Positions 29,596 through 32,336 of a stretch of 32,336 nt of DNA are shown in pieces. Position numbers and translations under genes: made by a program. The notes under the pieces were generated by a model. It ran no database searches and was not told the origin of the DNA. It saw nothing but the letters and a program-made list of their open reading frames with translations. Source of the stretch: Verrucomicrobiales bacterium (GTDB taxonomy: Bacteria; Verrucomicrobiota; Verrucomicrobiia; Verrucomicrobiales; V1-33); NCBI GenBank assembly GCA_031411295.1, contig JANOAV010000110.1:1-32336 (forward strand), read 5' to 3'. Position 1 is the stretch's first letter. Every line of letters starts with the position of its first letter.

Positions 29596-32336
29596 CTATT
29601 TGGTTTGGAACAGTTCACTTGATACGACTTCCTGCACGAGGGAGCGGATGCCGTGTTTGCTCGGCTTGGTTTTGCCGATGATGGCTTCGATGGCGGGGCG
29701 GTCGGTGAAGTGGATGCCGGTGCCGGTGGCGTAGATGAGGAGTTGGCGGGCGACGTTGCGGGCGAGGGCGTCTTCGTTTTGCAGGAGCAATGCGCGGAGG
29801 CCGTTCACGTCGGTGAATTTCCGGCCGTCGACGAGTTCGCCGGTGGCGTCCACTTCGCTGCCAAGGCGGAGATTCATGCGACTGCGGTAGTTGTCGGTAG
29901 TCGAGCTGATGACGAGCACGGATGGCTCCTCTTTCTTCGGCGAACCCGCGAGCCGGTAGCGGTCGCGCCAGCCGCCGATGACATCGAAGCTCTCCAGCGC
30001 CATGCCGGGTGGGTCCATCCTCGCGTGGCACGACGCGCACGCGGCGTCAGCGCGATGTTGCTCGATCATCTGCCGGATGGTCACGGCTCCGGTGGCGTCG
30101 GGCTCGACTGCGGGGATGTTGGGCGGCGGCGGTTCGCGCGGGATGCCGAGCAGGCGCTCCATCACCCACACGCCGCGCAGCACGGGCGAGGTCGCGGTGC
30201 CGTTGGCGGTGACTTTTAAGACGGCGGCCTGCGTGAGAAATCCGCCGCGGTGCGTGCCTGCGGACGGCACTTCGCGCAGTTCCGCGCCTGCCACGCCGCG
30301 GATGCCGTAGAGTTCGGCAAGGCGTTGATTGATGAGCAAAGTATCCGCCGCGACGAGGTGGCTGACGCCGAGATTTTGCGTGAGCAGCTTGCGAAACCAC
30401 GCGCGCGATTCGGCGAGCATCGAGTCCCGCAGCCACGGGTCGAACTCGGGGTAAAGGTTCGGGTCGGGCGTGGTGAAATCCATTTTCTTCAGCTCCAGCC
30501 AGTCATCGAGAAAGTGCTCGATGAACCGCTCGGAACGCGCGTCAGTCAGCATCCGCTCGACTTGCGCGCGCAGCGTGTGAGGCTGGGAGAGCGTGTGCTT
30601 CGCCGCGAGGTCGAGCAGCGTGGCGTCCGGCGCGGAGTCCCACAAAAAGAACGACAGCCGCGAGGCGAGCGCATAGTCGCCGAGACGCGGTGCGCCCGTT
30701 TGCGGCACGCCGGATTCAAGCCCGATGAAGAGAAAATCCGGCGCGCAAAGAATGGCTTTGTAGCCCGCGAGCATCGCCTCCTCGAACGTCACGCCGCGCG
30801 CGAGCAGCGCCTCGACGATGCCGGCGACCGGCTGCATTTCCTCCTCCGACACGGGCCGACGAAAGGCACGCGTGGCAAAGCCGAGCAGCAGGCTGCGATG
30901 GTCGGCAGGCTTGGCGGCAACAGCGTCCGCGGGCGGCGGTTTCGGCGCGGTGACTTCGATTTTTGTGAAATACAAATTGCGGTCGTGCTCGAAAGGCTTG
31001 GCCTGCGTTTCATCAATGAAATCATTCGTGAACTGCACGCCCACCGTCACCGGCCCCGGGCTTTCCACGCGAAACTTCGCACTGTATTTTTTTGCCTCGC
31101 CGCGCTTGGCATCCACGGAAAATCGAGCGTGCGGCATTTCGTTGGCACCGAGCATCAGCGTCATTTTCGCCGCCTCATTACCCGCGTGGGTTTCATAGGC
31201 CGTGACTACGAATTCGTATTCGCCGGGCACTGCACAATTCACTGGCGTCGTCACGGTGCCATTTACATTGAGATAGCGTTCGTCACCGAGCAATTGTCCT
31301 GGGCCTGTGAAATCGGCGAGCGGCAACTGGGTCGTCGCGCCTGCTTCCACAGTCGGCGAACCGGCCAGCATCGGGCGCGGGTAGGCGGCCACGGGCGTCT
31401 CGCCAAACAACCGCCGCTGGCTCTCCGGCGGCCATTGCTCCACAAGCGGCCCCTCCGCCTCGAACCAATCATACGCCACAGCCGGCCCAGTATAGCTCCT
31501 CACACCCTCGCTCTGCCCACCGTTTTGCGCGGCGCTGGCGGGCAGCGTCATGGCGTGAAAGGAAATGCGCTCACCGGGATTGAGCCAGACTTTGAACTCA
31601 TGCGTCTTCGGCTGAAACGAGGGCGCATCAAAATAGCCGAGCGGCACGCCAGTCAACGAAGCACGGATGATGTGCGTGGCCTCCGTTGCGCCGTAAAACT
31701 CCACATTTTCCATCCGCCCTTCCCCCGGCTTTTCCTGCGGTAGCCGTGTGAACTCCCATTGGCCCGCGGAATTCTTGAAATACGGGGGGCCAAAAATGTC
31801 GAAGTTTTGCACTAGATTACGCACTGCTGGCACCGCCTTGGAGCGTTCCCAGCGCAGGCTCCAGATGGAGAAACGCACGCGATACCAGCCCGCCACCGTG
31901 GGGCGAAAATGATCCATCTGAATCCCCTCCGGCTGATGCGCACCGATGACGCCGGTGAGCACCGCCGCCGAGTCCGCCTTGCCCTCAAAAGTCGCTCCGC
32001 GATAGGTATTGCCATAGTCATCCTGCGGATTGCCCACCACGTGCGTCGTCAGTCCCGGCGCGAGTTCGTGGCCAATGAGCGGCACCGCACTGTGCACCGC
32101 AAGCGCCCCGCGCATCGAGTCCTGCTCCGCCGCTGGCTCGTGCCATTTCACCATCTCTGGTCGCGCCGCCGCCTTGACCACCGCCTGCCGCAGCACCACG
32201 TCGGCGGTTTGCAAATACTTCGTCATTTGCACATGCGAGATATCCAGCGCGCCCGCCACTTTATCGAAACCAAACTGCTGCCCGTCCTCCGGCAGCAACT
32301 CCTTCACGCGCAGCAGTGGCAGCGCCAGCAGGTCGC
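29596..32336 (-). CDS. DUF1592/1588/1585/1595/1587 (PSD) multidomain protein with CxxCH; 5' end outside the window
   Basis: LLPED..FGFDKV, FATRAFRRP, LASRLSFFLW..PD, RGGFLTQ, TSPVLRGVW, CASCHARMDPPGMALE and LLIYATG motifs. The frame stays open to the window end. Confidence 0.9.
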   Translation of the reverse strand, partial: DLLALPLLRVKELLPEDGQQFGFDKVAGALDISHVQMTKYLQTADVVLRQAVVKAAARPEMVKWHEPAAEQDSMRGALAVHSAVPLIGHELAPGLTTHVVGNPQDDYGNTYRGATFEGKADSAAVLTGVIGAHQPEGIQMDHFRPTVAGWYRVRFSIWSLRWERSKAVPAVRNLVQNFDIFGPPYFKNSAGQWEFTRLPQEKPGEGRMENVEFYGATEATHIIRASLTGVPLGYFDAPSFQPKTHEFKVWLNPGERISFHAMTLPASAAQNGGQSEGVRSYTGPAVAYDWFEAEGPLVEQWPPESQRRLFGETPVAAYPRPMLAGSPTVEAGATTQLPLADFTGPGQLLGDERYLNVNGTVTTPVNCAVPGEYEFVVTAYETHAGNEAAKMTLMLGANEMPHARFSVDAKRGEAKKYSAKFRVESPGPVTVGVQFTNDFIDETQAKPFEHDRNLYFTKIEVTAPKPPPADAVAAKPADHRSLLLGFATRAFRRPVSEEEMQPVAGIVEALLARGVTFEEAMLAGYKAILCAPDFLFIGLESGVPQTGAPRLGDYALASRLSFFLWDSAPDATLLDLAAKHTLSQPHTLRAQVERMLTDARSERFIEHFLDDWLELKKMDFTTPDPNLYPEFDPWLRDSMLAESRAWFRKLLTQNLGVSHLVAADTLLINQRLAELYGIRGVAGAELREVPSAGTHRGGFLTQAAVLKVTANGTATSPVLRGVWVMERLLGIPREPPPPNIPAVEPDATGAVTIRQMIEQHRADAACASCHARMDPPGMALESFDVIGGWRDRYRLAGSPKKEEPSVLVISSTTDNYRSRMNLRLGSEVDATGELVDGRKFTDVNGLRALLLQNEDALARNVARQLLIYATGTGIHFTDRPAIEAIIGKTKPSKHGIRSLVQEVVSSELFQTK

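Noticed and set aside
28443..31743. Long antisense ORFs (371 aa, 497 aa) and similar ones opposite katG, gcvP and yyaL
   Set aside because: These are shadow ORFs expected from high-GC codon bias opposite well-supported genes.

Overview
Bacterial chromosomal window, probably from the PVC superphylum (Verrucomicrobia-like). That assignment is an inference from the DUF1552/DUF1592 gene pair, the SD-less starts and the repeat types. Left to right: the 3' end of an IS5-family transposase; an exported BNR/sialidase-like protein; and a ~17 kb divergent Wzy-type exopolysaccharide locus (Wzc-like co-polymerase lacking a Tyr tail, four GT4s, MurJ-like flippase, priming transferase, Wzy/ligase, two deacetylases, DUF4091 hydrolase, acyltransferase-3, CelD-like GNAT). 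Next come a 52-aa Cys/His-rich membrane microprotein missing from the ORF track, a signal-peptide-bearing YyaL/DUF255 protein, a REP-like hairpin cluster and a stand-alone gcvP. A furA-katG module follows, bracketed by two 177-bp, 95% identical structured direct repeats. The right-hand repeat sits in a mosaic of palindromes and internal fragments of type I R-M hsdM and hsdR. The window ends in a DUF1552 gene and a 5'-truncated DUF1592/CxxCH gene. The most unusual element is the repeat-bracketed fur-katG cassette with its R-M debris.
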